Source: a virus (taxonomy: Duplodnaviria > Heunggongvirae > Uroviricota > Caudoviricetes). Taken from it: a DNA stretch of 42,961 nt. Below the pieces are notes generated by a model, which saw nothing but the letters and a program-made list of their open reading frames with translations, was not told the origin of the DNA and did no database searches. The translations under genes were made by a program, and so were the position numbers. Shown here in pieces: positions 26,955-35,022 of the stretch (the first letter of the stretch is position 1; every line of letters begins with the position of its first letter). The stretch lies in IMG/VR virus record IMGVR_UViG_2531839476_000018; one strand, given 5' to 3'.

Positions 26955-29188
26955 GATTTATATATTTCGCGCAATTCTTCGTTGCTGAAATCGTTATTTT
27001 TTACAAGAATCCAAATCCTATATACAAACCCGTCAATTTTTACGCGTACGGGTTCCCGCTTTGTTCTTTCTTTCAAAATGCGAGTAATATGCTTCTGGTT
27101 AATTTCTACATCCATTCCTGCTTCTGCCAGTATTGCGTTAACAATTTGTTGATAAGTCATTGCTGGCACAGGCGGATTATCCAGGATTTCAATAAGAGCA
27201 GCCTCCACATCGCTCTTATTGCTTTCAATCATCAGAAGGCGTTCTTTCGTCTCGGGGGCGCGCTGCCAGTTAAAGCGAGACAGGTCAACGCCCATTAGAT
27301 ACCAGTACACCTGGGCGATAAAGTCGCTGTCGCTTAGCGCACCGTACAGGCTGGCGTAATGCTCTTCAGTTGCGGCGAAGTCAGGGCCCCCCAGCACAGC
27401 TATACGTCGGTCTTCCTCTGGCAGCGCCAGCGCATCAAAGTGGTTGGTGTAGAACAGAAAGCCGGTGTATATATCCATCGTTTTTTTGCTGCCATATTTG
27501 CGGTTCACTTCAAACCGTGGTTCTGTCAGCACGTCACGGATCTTATCGTTCACCTCATACCGCTTATCGTTTTCGCGCACCTCGTCAATGGTGCATAGAA
27601 GTGTATTGTACAGATAGTCATGGAACTGGTTATCGCACAGGATCTTCATGCGAGTACGAGCACAGTTCCACGGGCCAAGCACGCGCTCCATTAACTGACT
27701 GACCCATCCTCTGCCCGTACCATGTGCGGTAGCCACATGCAGAATAGAAATCGGGCATCGACGCTCCGGACGCTGAACCATCCACCCCAGACGGGCGATG
27801 AAAAACTCGCGCTGCCAGGCATCAGGTACCAGATACGCCATATGATTAAGGAACGTGGACACCTTACTTGTATCCGCTGTACGTGGATGCTCAGGCATAT
27901 AAAATTCGTTTATCTCAAACCGCCCGTCGAAACGCTCGATAATACGTCCCGCACCGGGCTTATAGCCTGTCGTCTCAGCAATCTTCTTATGCCGATGCTC
28001 TATCCACCGTTTGGTTGCGGGAGTTGGTTGTCCTTTCCCTTCTGGCGGGAACTGGTAAGGCGCCATCAGGTTTTTGAACGACTTCATATCCATCATGCAC
28101 TGATATGGCGGTCGGCTAAGATCACATACCTGGTCACCCTCGATGACGTAGATAAAGCGTTCCAGAAAATGAGCTGTCATATCTGTATTAATATCGGTAA
28201 ATTCAGGCTTATCGCCATCTTCAGCCACCGTGAGATCTTCGAACAGGGATTGCGTATAGCCGTAGCCTTCCAGCCAGTCGGCATCAGTAAGCCCCGCATC
28301 GGTGTTGTGCATGCTTTTAAAATGTCCCTGTTCAAATCCCCCCGTCCCTTTTGGGAAATACTTAATGGATGTTTCGCTGCAACCGTTGCTGTATTCTGAC
28401 TCATCCCGAAACGGTTTCAGATTGCGGGAACCATCAGAGCTGACTGACAGAGTCCACCCGTTCGCGTCAAGCCAGTCGGCGACATCATCTGTCGCGGAAG
28501 GATCAACACAGGAAAGGTCACGCTGACGTCCTGCACCTGCGGTATAGCTGTCTTTCACGGGTAAGTTATCCGCCAGACGCTGCCACAGGCTTTCGAGCTG
28601 TTCAGATGTAATTTTCAGAGGTTCGCCGGGCAAACCGCTGTCCCACTGAATACGTTCGCCTGCCGGATGGGTACCACAAGCCACAAACTGCTGGCCCTTA
28701 GCGAGCAGCTCTATTTGTTTGTTTTCGCCTTCCAGGCGGTGACCACGTTTACGGTAGTCGCCATCAACAGCAATCAGGTACAGGCATTTATGACTGTCAG
28801 CCCGCCAGCGACGTGGCGGAAGTTCCCCCAGGCATGATAGGATAATATTGCGTACGATCTCCTGCATCCCGGCGTCATTGATATCGCAGTCCAGAGCCAC
28901 CACCCCGTCGCCAGTACGAACGCAAATACCGTAATCGGGTTCGTTCGACCACCGGGCAAAATCGTTTTCCGTAACAACATAGTTAGCCCAGTCGGGGATA
29001 CCAACAACCTTACGTTGGCCATTGTAGCGACTGGGGGTTTTGCCGAAATTATGAGACAGCTTGCTATTAGGCGACAGTTCTGCACAGGGATTGGACACCA
29101 CAGGTAAAAGCCTGTCTGTCATCCCCAACACCAGATCGAAGTGGAACCACTCATCGGGCGTAGCTCCCCATGGTTTGTTATCAGACAT
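26927..29188 (-). CDS. Replication protein, primase-polymerase type with a large C-terminal domain (P4 alpha-like architecture)
   Basis: 753-aa ORF directly downstream of the cro-like gene and upstream of the iteron cluster; N-terminal region has a prim-pol-like character (…GICVRTGDGVVALDCDINDAG…). No GxxxxGK[ST] P-loop was seen by eye. Confidence 0.65.
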   Translation of the reverse strand: MSDNKPWGATPDEWFHFDLVLGMTDRLLPVVSNPCAELSPNSKLSHNFGKTPSRYNGQRKVVGIPDWANYVVTENDFARWSNEPDYGICVRTGDGVVALDCDINDAGMQEIVRNIILSCLGELPPRRWRADSHKCLYLIAVDGDYRKRGHRLEGENKQIELLAKGQQFVACGTHPAGERIQWDSGLPGEPLKITSEQLESLWQRLADNLPVKDSYTAGAGRQRDLSCVDPSATDDVADWLDANGWTLSVSSDGSRNLKPFRDESEYSNGCSETSIKYFPKGTGGFEQGHFKSMHNTDAGLTDADWLEGYGYTQSLFEDLTVAEDGDKPEFTDINTDMTAHFLERFIYVIEGDQVCDLSRPPYQCMMDMKSFKNLMAPYQFPPEGKGQPTPATKRWIEHRHKKIAETTGYKPGAGRIIERFDGRFEINEFYMPEHPRTADTSKVSTFLNHMAYLVPDAWQREFFIARLGWMVQRPERRCPISILHVATAHGTGRGWVSQLMERVLGPWNCARTRMKILCDNQFHDYLYNTLLCTIDEVRENDKRYEVNDKIRDVLTEPRFEVNRKYGSKKTMDIYTGFLFYTNHFDALALPEEDRRIAVLGGPDFAATEEHYASLYGALSDSDFIAQVYWYLMGVDLSRFNWQRAPETKERLLMIESNKSDVEAALIEILDNPPVPAMTYQQIVNAILAEAGMDVEINQKHITRILKERTKREPVRVKIDGFVYRIWILVKNNDFSNEELREIYKSCEILQSGL

Positions 29189-29191
29189 GGG

Positions 29192-29392
29192 TTACGCCTT
29201 TTGTCTAGCTGTCACTTCCTGAAAAAGCTTTTCTATCGCACGTACTGTAGAAAAGCGAGGGTCAGAATGAACCCCGGTGAGAAGCCGACTAATAGAAGAC
29301 TGCTTCACGCCTGCAATTTCGGCAATTTGGTTTTGGGTATACCCTGAATCAATCAAGCTTTTGACCATCTCTTGTGGTGTTAGTCCGGACAT
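29192..29392 (-). CDS. cro: Cro-like HTH regulator
   Basis: 66 aa with HTH TQNQIAEIAGVKQSSISRLL; divergent from cI; GGAG ribosome-binding site; first gene of the early-right operon. Confidence 0.65.
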   Translation of the reverse strand: MSGLTPQEMVKSLIDSGYTQNQIAEIAGVKQSSISRLLTGVHSDPRFSTVRAIEKLFQEVTARQKA

Positions 29393-29533
29393 ATTTAAGT
29401 CTCCACTTTCGTCTATAGCGCAAATTTATACGAAAACGGATTATTCAGCAATACGGCAATTCTATATCATCCTGTATTAAAATATCCGATAACGCATAAT
29501 CACCGTCCCTGTATACAACATGGATGAATCCAA
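29393..29533. promoter_or_regulatory. Immunity switch region (divergent cI / cro promoters and operators); individual operators not resolved
   Basis: 141-bp AT-rich intergenic region between divergent repressor genes; candidate promoter toward cro (ATTGCT-16-TATAAA) and CATAAT 24 bp upstream of the cI start. Confidence 0.5.
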
Positions 29534-30208
29534 ATGATTGATACTACCGATATCCTTTCTCAAAACATCAAGTACCTGATGGACAAAACCAAGATAAGCT
29601 CGATAACTGAGCTGGCACGTCGGTTACAGCTGAACCAACCAACGCTACACAGGCTGGTATCAGGAGAGGTGAAAGATCCGAAATACGCAACGTTAAAGCA
29701 GATCGCCGACTACTTCCACGTGTCACCAATAGACCTGGCAGAAAGGAGCCTTCAAGAAATGGAGAAAGAGGACGCGACAGGTATAAAAACGTATATTTCT
29801 CTTAGGTTTAATAAAGTACCTGTTTTGGGAAACACTCAGCTAGGCGTTGGAGGACTTTGGAGCGACACCCAATATTCAGTAGGTAGCAGTGATGGTTTCA
29901 TATACTGGCCGACAAAGGATGAAGATGCATACGCCCTGAAATGTGTTGGTGATTCAATGATGCCTAGAATCAAAGAGGGTGAGTTCGTAATCGTCGAACC
30001 CAACCACGACTACACTCCTGGTGATGAAGTACTTGTGGTTACCCGGGACGGTGAGGTCATGGTTAAAACCTTCTTGTTCGAACGCGATGGCCTGTTCCAT
30101 CTAATGTCTGTAAATGAAGATCATCCACCAGTCAGAGTACCACGCGAAAACATTGAAAAAATCCATTACGTGGCGGGGATCGCCAAATCCGCGCTACGCA
30201 TGTACTAA
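29534..30208 (+). CDS. cI: CI-type repressor (HTH plus LexA-like S24 autopeptidase domain)
   Basis: 224 aa; N-terminal HTH; C-terminal domain with GDSMMP (catalytic Ser) and a downstream Lys (EVMVKTF), as in lambda cI / LexA. Confidence 0.85.
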   Translation: MIDTTDILSQNIKYLMDKTKISSITELARRLQLNQPTLHRLVSGEVKDPKYATLKQIADYFHVSPIDLAERSLQEMEKEDATGIKTYISLRFNKVPVLGNTQLGVGGLWSDTQYSVGSSDGFIYWPTKDEDAYALKCVGDSMMPRIKEGEFVIVEPNHDYTPGDEVLVVTRDGEVMVKTFLFERDGLFHLMSVNEDHPPVRVPRENIEKIHYVAGIAKSALRMY

Positions 30209-30239
30209 CCTTTACAGTCTGATAACTTACCTCTGATCA

Positions 30240-30271
30240 AACCGCTCTCCACAAGGGCGGTTTTCTTATTT
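30240..30271 (+). terminator. Possible terminator after cI
   Basis: aaccgc ... gcggtt stem with a long loop, followed by TTTCTTATTT. Confidence 0.35.
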
Positions 30272-30292
30272 GCAAAATAATTCATTTTTGTA

Positions 30293-30321
30293 TTGACACA
30301 AAATCCCATAACGCATATAAA
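30293..30321 (+). promoter_or_regulatory. Near-consensus sigma-70 promoter (pL-like), TTGACA-17 bp-TATAAA
   Basis: TTGACA at 30293-30298, 17-bp spacer, TATAAA at 30316-30321; directed away from cI into the early-left region. Confidence 0.6.
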
Positions 30322-30356
30322 TACGATACCGCATAATTAATGCATTTTCTAATACC

Positions 30357-30369
30357 AGCTCTTTAACAA
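30357..30369 (+). promoter_or_regulatory. boxA-like element (AGCTCTTTAACAA), candidate nut / antitermination site
   Basis: 12 of 13 match to the rrn boxA consensus TGCTCTTTAACAA (lambda nut boxA is CGCTCTTA); about 30 nt downstream of the predicted start site. Confidence 0.45.
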
Positions 30370-30514
30370 ACAGAACCGCGTGACAGGTAAGCCGCAGTGC
30401 TCCTGGCAAAACGAAATAGCACCCGATGGGATCGAGGTAAGCGCCGAGTCCGTATGCGTACGGTAAGCGTAGAGGACAACACCGCGACGAACTGATAAGT
30501 CACGCAAGTTGAAA

Positions 30515-30532
30515 CGCCCCGATGATGGGGCG
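30515..30532 (-). terminator. Hairpin cgcccc-gatgat-ggggcg; possible terminator for the convergent 172-aa gene, or a boxB-like stem-loop of the pL leader
   Basis: Perfect 6-bp GC stem; on the minus strand it is followed by TTTCAACTT (moderate T-tract). Confidence 0.3.
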
Positions 30533-30635
30533 CTTAGTTCCTTTAACTCTGGGTGACCGGAAGGGTACCCATGCTTAAAGAAATTACTGGTTGTAAGGAT
30601 CGTAATCCGTGATTGCCTTCCCCGGATTTTCATCT

Positions 30636-31154
30636 TCAGAAGGCAGTCGGGCCTCTAAAGCATTTCGGGTTGAACAGATAGGAAGCCCTACAGTACGAAC
30701 AAACCATATTAACGACTCGCCCAAGGCCTGGCTTAGTAACCAGACCTTCCGCTTGCAATATAGATTTTCTCTTTTGCTCGTAGCAATTGGGACAAATATA
30801 AACCGGAGATTGGTCAGCATCTGCAGAAAGCTTGCTGCGATAGACCAGAGTACCCCGCATAGGCTGGTAAAGTTCATAGCTCGCCGCTTCAGCGGCCCAG
30901 TTCTCTTGCTTTACTTTCTCATTTTCCAGTTCAACAATTTTCTCCTTAGCCGCAATCAGCAGCTCCTGAAGCGACATTTGCTGCATCTGAACATCCATTA
31001 GCTTATCGAGTAAGATGTGCGTCTTCTCTTTAACTGCATAGTCGACAGTCAGATTCTGAATCTCTCTTGCTGCTCCAACCGCGCTTTTAATTGCTCCTCC
31101 CACACCGGATAACGATTCAGTTATCCGGGAAAGAATTCCTTTTTCTTCAGACAT
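30636..31154 (-). CDS. Hypothetical coiled-coil protein with a C-terminal zinc ribbon; cargo gene convergent with cI
   Basis: 172 aa; helical N-terminal two-thirds (…LQELLIAAKEKIVELENEKVKQENWAAEAAS…) and CPNCYEQ…CSYCRAS near the C-terminus; has its own upstream region with direct repeats. Confidence 0.55.
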   Translation of the reverse strand: MSEEKGILSRITESLSGVGGAIKSAVGAAREIQNLTVDYAVKEKTHILLDKLMDVQMQQMSLQELLIAAKEKIVELENEKVKQENWAAEAASYELYQPMRGTLVYRSKLSADADQSPVYICPNCYEQKRKSILQAEGLVTKPGLGRVVNMVCSYCRASYLFNPKCFRGPTAF

Positions 31155-31164
31155 ATCTAATCTC

Positions 31165-31220
31165 TCTCAAACTGTAGGGGTGAAGAGATATTAGACGATT
31201 TCTCACTGTAGGGGTACAAG
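31165..31220. repeat. Direct repeats (core ACTGTAGGGGT twice, 34 bp apart) in the putative promoter of the 172-aa gene
   Basis: actgtaggggt at 31171-31181 and 31205-31215, each preceded by tctc(a); candidate regulator binding sites. Confidence 0.4.
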
Positions 31221-31293
31221 GAGAACCACCTCGCCTGATGTGGTTAAAAGCAGGCACTCGATGATATCCATGTAATTGCTGTGTGTAGTCTTT

Positions 31294-31320
31294 GCCCGCC
31301 GCAAGTGACGGGCTTTTTTA
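31294..31320 (+). terminator. Intrinsic terminator (tL1-like) on the plus strand upstream of the early-left genes
   Basis: gcccg-ccgcaagtga-cgggc followed by TTTTTTAT. Confidence 0.55.
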
Positions 31321-31345
31321 TGTCTGAAAGCGCACTCGCAACAGC

Positions 31346-31528
31346 GTGCTCCCCGATATGAAAAAAGGAATACAACCGATGAAACCTGAACACATCCATC
31401 GACTGACGGGGCGCGATGTTCTCCGTTATCGCCGTAAAAACTTCGATTTGATGACCGGTCTGGCCGTTGCCACTGCGCTCGGTCTGATCATCACTTTCAT
31501 TCTCCTTGTAGCGAGGACCACAGTATGA
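31346..31528 (+). CDS. Small membrane protein with an arginine-rich N-terminus
   Basis: 60 aa: basic segment RLTGRDVLRYRRKNF followed by one transmembrane helix (LAVATALGLIITFILLV). Confidence 0.4.
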   Translation: MLPDMKKGIQPMKPEHIHRLTGRDVLRYRRKNFDLMTGLAVATALGLIITFILLVARTTV

Positions 31529-32427
31529 GTTTAGAAACCAGTCTAGAACTTAATAATCAACTTCTGGCACAACATAATGCGCTGCTTGAACGTCTTATCC
31601 GCACAATGGCATCAGGTATTGTTATGCATCCTGACACGATTTCACGAGTGCAGGAATGTCGGGATACAGCAACTGAAACTGAAAATATGTCAGCGGCAAT
31701 GACACTGGATGATCTGGAGTTCAGCGACGTTATCGCACTGGCTGGTTTCTACCCGGTAGCCACCCCTATCACAGAAGATATGCTGCAACGTGCTGTTGCC
31801 TACCGTGATGCTGAAGGCGATAAACGAGTAGTTCAGATTGATGCTCTCGACAGCGCATTGCAGGGCGTCAAACGAGCCAGGGCGCTGCTTAAACCTGCTC
31901 TCCTGGACCTGTCCCGTAACATCCTTAAGTTCTGGGACGACCTGCCAACCATCGGCGAGCGACGTGCTTTTGCCGAGCAGCTACTTGATGCACCTGCAGA
32001 TGGGCGTGATGAAGTTAAGCCGAAAAAGGCCAGTAACAAAGATGGAGAACGCACGGGGCCGTTTTACGTCAAAAATGTATCCGGCACAGCAGCCAGTGAA
32101 CTCCACACCTTACGCAAGTTGAACGAGATGCTTAAAAAAGGCCATATCGAGATCAACCGTGTTGAGTACCTTCAGCTGCAGGAAGAATTTGCACGCAGAG
32201 ACGCAGCAAATTCCAGCCAGAATAATGACGCCAAAGATGACCATACAATTGATTTCGCGGCACTACGCAAACAAGCTGAAGGGTTGATCCTCCAGTTAGC
32301 AAAAGGGGGCTACCGGGCAGAAGCTATTGCAATTCTGGAAAAACAGGGAGCCAGGAAACTTGGTGAAGTAACGGATGAAAATCTCGCTGAAGTAATCACC
32401 CTGGCTGAAAAAGCACTGGAGGGTTAA
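31525..32427 (+). CDS. Hypothetical protein (early-left operon)
   Basis: 300-aa ORF, start overlapping the upstream stop; no family recognised. Confidence 0.55.
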   Translation: MSLETSLELNNQLLAQHNALLERLIRTMASGIVMHPDTISRVQECRDTATETENMSAAMTLDDLEFSDVIALAGFYPVATPITEDMLQRAVAYRDAEGDKRVVQIDALDSALQGVKRARALLKPALLDLSRNILKFWDDLPTIGERRAFAEQLLDAPADGRDEVKPKKASNKDGERTGPFYVKNVSGTAASELHTLRKLNEMLKKGHIEINRVEYLQLQEEFARRDAANSSQNNDAKDDHTIDFAALRKQAEGLILQLAKGGYRAEAIAILEKQGARKLGEVTDENLAEVITLAEKALEG

Positions 32428-32429
32428 TC

Positions 32430-33731
32430 ATGCCAGACGTTCACGCACAACTTTCTCCATCATCAGCGCATCGATGGATGCGCTGCCCAGGAAGTCTGGC
32501 GCTGGAGGCCACACAACCGGATAAAGAAACAACTTTTGCAATCGAGGGCACTACAGCGCACGCGCTTGCTGAAAAAGTTCTACGAAACAGGCAAAGCCAC
32601 CCGGAACACTACGCCGGATGCAATGTTTCTATGTTTCTCGGCTCATACCCCCTTCGCGAAAATCCTGATGATACATCTGGCCCACAGGTGGATGATGAAA
32701 TGGTCGAAGCCGTCGGCCGGTATGTTGATACGGTCTGGACTCTTGCACAGAATAATGAACTATTGGTTGAACAACGTGTTGATTTCTCACATATAACGGG
32801 TGTGGAAGAATCTTTCGGAACTGCCGACGGCATAATCATCGCTGGTAACGAATTACAAATCCACGACCTGAAATATGGCAAAGGCGTCCGCATTGATGCA
32901 GAACAAAATGAGCAACTACAACTGTATGCTCTGGGTGCTCTCGAACAATTCAGCATGCTGTATGACTTTGAGACTGTAAGATTATTTATTCACCAGCCAA
33001 GGCTCAACCACGTTTCAGAATGGTCGTTAACCGTACAGGAACTTCAGTCTTTCGGTGAACGGGCACTGGAGGCCGCAACCAGTGCGATCCTTGTTCTCAA
33101 TATTGCTGAATGCGAAGGCATTGAGACACTACCGCTGGAAAACTTCATACCTGGAGAAAAACAGTGCCGCTTCTGTAAAGCAAAAGCTATTTGCACTGCC
33201 CAGAAAATGCAGCATTTACAAACAGCGGCCAGCGATTTTGAAGATCTGACAAAGCCTGTCAGCGAAATAATCACCAATGCCAGCGCACGTGTACCTCTGT
33301 TAACCATTGAGCAGCTTGCAGAGATCTATAGCCAGGCCGACTTTATTGAATCCTGGCTAAAGGCAGTACGGGACCGGGTTCACGATGAACTCAATGCCGG
33401 ACATCCGGTACCGGGGTTTAAACTGGTAACAGGAAAACAAGGTAACCGGGCCTGGAGTGATGAAGAGGCAGCTCGCGCACTTCTGAAGGACCAGTTCAGG
33501 TACAAAACTGAAGAAGTATTCGACTTTAAACTTATTAGTCCCACAAAAGCCGAAAAACTTATCAAAAAGGCCAGTCCGCGCCGTTGGTCAAAAGTCGAGG
33601 CACTGATAACACGAGCTGATGGAAAACCCACCGTCGTTCCCGAGTCAGACCCACGCCCCGCACTCAATATCAACCCTGTAAATGATTTCGACGACGTATC
33701 CGACGATACGCTAACCGCAGACCTCATCTGA
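32430..33731 (+). CDS. PD-(D/E)XK-type nuclease (DUF2800 / Cas4-like) with a C-terminal Cys cluster
   Basis: N-terminal [15 protein letters not shown] signature and a C-terminal [10 protein letters not shown] cysteine cluster, as recalled for DUF2800 phage exonucleases. Confidence 0.65.
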   Translation: MPDVHAQLSPSSAHRWMRCPGSLALEATQPDKETTFAIEGTTAHALAEKVLRNRQSHPEHYAGCNVSMFLGSYPLRENPDDTSGPQVDDEMVEAVGRYVDTVWTLAQNNELLVEQRVDFSHITGVEESFGTADGIIIAGNELQIHDLKYGKGVRIDAEQNEQLQLYALGALEQFSMLYDFETVRLFIHQPRLNHVSEWSLTVQELQSFGERALEAATSAILVLNIAECEGIETLPLENFIPGEKQCRFCKAKAICTAQKMQHLQTAASDFEDLTKPVSEIITNASARVPLLTIEQLAEIYSQADFIESWLKAVRDRVHDELNAGHPVPGFKLVTGKQGNRAWSDEEAARALLKDQFRYKTEEVFDFKLISPTKAEKLIKKASPRRWSKVEALITRADGKPTVVPESDPRPALNINPVNDFDDVSDDTLTADLI

Positions 33732-33746
33732 TTTAAGGAAATACCC

Positions 33747-34295
33747 ATGAAACTGAAGCTGAACAATGTTCGTCTGGCCTTCCCGTCTCTGTTTGAAGCT
33801 AAAACTGTAAACGGCGAAGGCGATCCGCGTTTCTCCGCAGTATTTTTAATGTCTCCCAAACACCCACAACTGGAAGAAATCCGTAAAGCTATGAAGCAGG
33901 TAGCGAAGGAAAAATGGGGAGAGAAGTGGGAGCCCATTTATAACCAGCTGGAGAAAAAACTCAATCTGTGCCTGCATGATGGTGATGAAAAAGCAGAGTA
34001 TGAAGGCTTCCCCGGTAATTTCTTCCTGAATGCTGCTAACAAAGCGCGCCCAGCTGTTCTTGATCGCGATCGTTCGCCACTTATTCAGGCTGACGGACGT
34101 CCCTATGCAGGGTGCTATGTAAACGCCGTTATCGATATCTGGGCACAGGACAATAATTTCGGTAAACGCATTAATGCCTCACTCGGCGGAGTCCAGTTCC
34201 TGCGAGACGGCGATGCATTCGCTGGCGGCGGAGTGGCAAGCGCTGACGATTTCGACGATATCAGCGAAGGTGCTGATGCTGAAGCACTAATTTAA
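33747..34295 (+). CDS. DUF2815-type phage protein (putative ssDNA-binding partner of the DUF2800 nuclease)
   Basis: N-terminus MKLKLNNVRLAFPSLFE typical of DUF2815 as recalled; directly follows the nuclease. Confidence 0.6.
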   Translation: MKLKLNNVRLAFPSLFEAKTVNGEGDPRFSAVFLMSPKHPQLEEIRKAMKQVAKEKWGEKWEPIYNQLEKKLNLCLHDGDEKAEYEGFPGNFFLNAANKARPAVLDRDRSPLIQADGRPYAGCYVNAVIDIWAQDNNFGKRINASLGGVQFLRDGDAFAGGGVASADDFDDISEGADAEALI

Positions 34296-34310
34296 CCCTA
34301 CTTCATAGAC

Positions 34311-34329
34311 GCCCGGTTAAACACCGGGC
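34311..34329. other. Hairpin between convergent genes (gcccgg-ttaaaca-ccgggc)
   Basis: Perfect 6-bp stem between the 3' ends of the DUF2815 gene and AT-rich island 1; no strong T-tract on either side. Confidence 0.3.
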
Positions 34330-34347
34330 TACTGATTAGGCGTATAA

Positions 34348-34542
34348 TCACTCAGGAATCTTAATCTTTCTCAATTCTTTATTTAGTTCACAGATCTTTT
34401 TCTTAGACGGGAAAGTATCATACATCCAAAAACCAACAGTCTCTAAAACTATTATCATAACCATATACACAAGATAATTTAAAAGGCCTTCATTTTGCCC
34501 TATGGAAATAATGCAGATAATAGAAAAAAGGGTAAACAGCAC
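34348..34542 (-). CDS. AT-rich island 1, distal ORF (membrane protein fragment); possibly the frameshifted C-terminal part of one gene
   Basis: 64-aa hydrophobic ORF overlapping the upstream ORF in another frame across an A6/T6 homopolymer (34524-34529). Confidence 0.4.
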   Translation of the reverse strand: MLFTLFSIICIISIGQNEGLLNYLVYMVMIIVLETVGFWMYDTFPSKKKICELNKELRKIKIPE

Positions 34543-34976
34543 AAAACACAGAAAGGAAAACAGACGACTAATAATAAATAAAAAACCTGAAAAATCAACA
34601 TTAATAAAAACACTCCGTTATCTTTCTCTATATAATTCTGAAGCTTAATCAACTGATTTATATACTGTCTTTTTTCTAATCTATTGCAAATGTAAATAAC
34701 ATCTCTTCGGTTATAAGATGATTGCAATTTCAGCGCATCACGAATAATTTTATCATTTATTCTTTTTTCTATGGCACTCTTATCCTCCTCATCCAGATAA
34801 CGTTCATACTTAACTAAATATAAAATTAACTTCTTAACATATTTAGGCTCTTTATACTTATAATTAAAAATGATCTTTCTTATCCAGACTCCCATAACAA
34901 TCAAACATGAAAAAATATATCCAGCTATTTTCTCCAGATGCTCTGTATGGTCAATCAAGTATTGGATCATATGCAT
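34500..34976 (-). CDS. AT-rich island 1, proximal ORF: membrane protein of unknown function (cargo, antisense to the early operon)
   Basis: 158 aa with an N-terminal TM helix, a charged middle and a hydrophobic C-terminus; flanking intergenic DNA and the gene are visibly more AT-rich than neighbouring genes. Confidence 0.5.
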   Translation of the reverse strand: MHMIQYLIDHTEHLEKIAGYIFSCLIVMGVWIRKIIFNYKYKEPKYVKKLILYLVKYERYLDEEDKSAIEKRINDKIIRDALKLQSSYNRRDVIYICNRLEKRQYINQLIKLQNYIEKDNGVFLLMLIFQVFYLLLVVCFPFCVLCCLPFFLLSALFP

Positions 34977-35022
34977 AATTAATCTTTTAATCAGTTAATA
35001 GAATAAAAACCAAGGTAAACAC

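Noticed and set aside
30330-30530. Retron msr/msd or a type III antitoxin RNA downstream of the consensus promoter (GGTAAGC appears three times)
   Set aside because: No reverse transcriptase or toxin gene nearby and the repeats are not tandem or regular; kept only as a possible leader or small RNA in the findings.
30349-30633. 94-aa minus-strand ORF (and the 130-aa plus-strand ORF 30609-31001) in the pL leader region
   Set aside because: Implausible amino-acid composition, no ribosome-binding site, and overlap with the clearly coding 172-aa gene or the promoter/boxA region; treated as non-coding leader.
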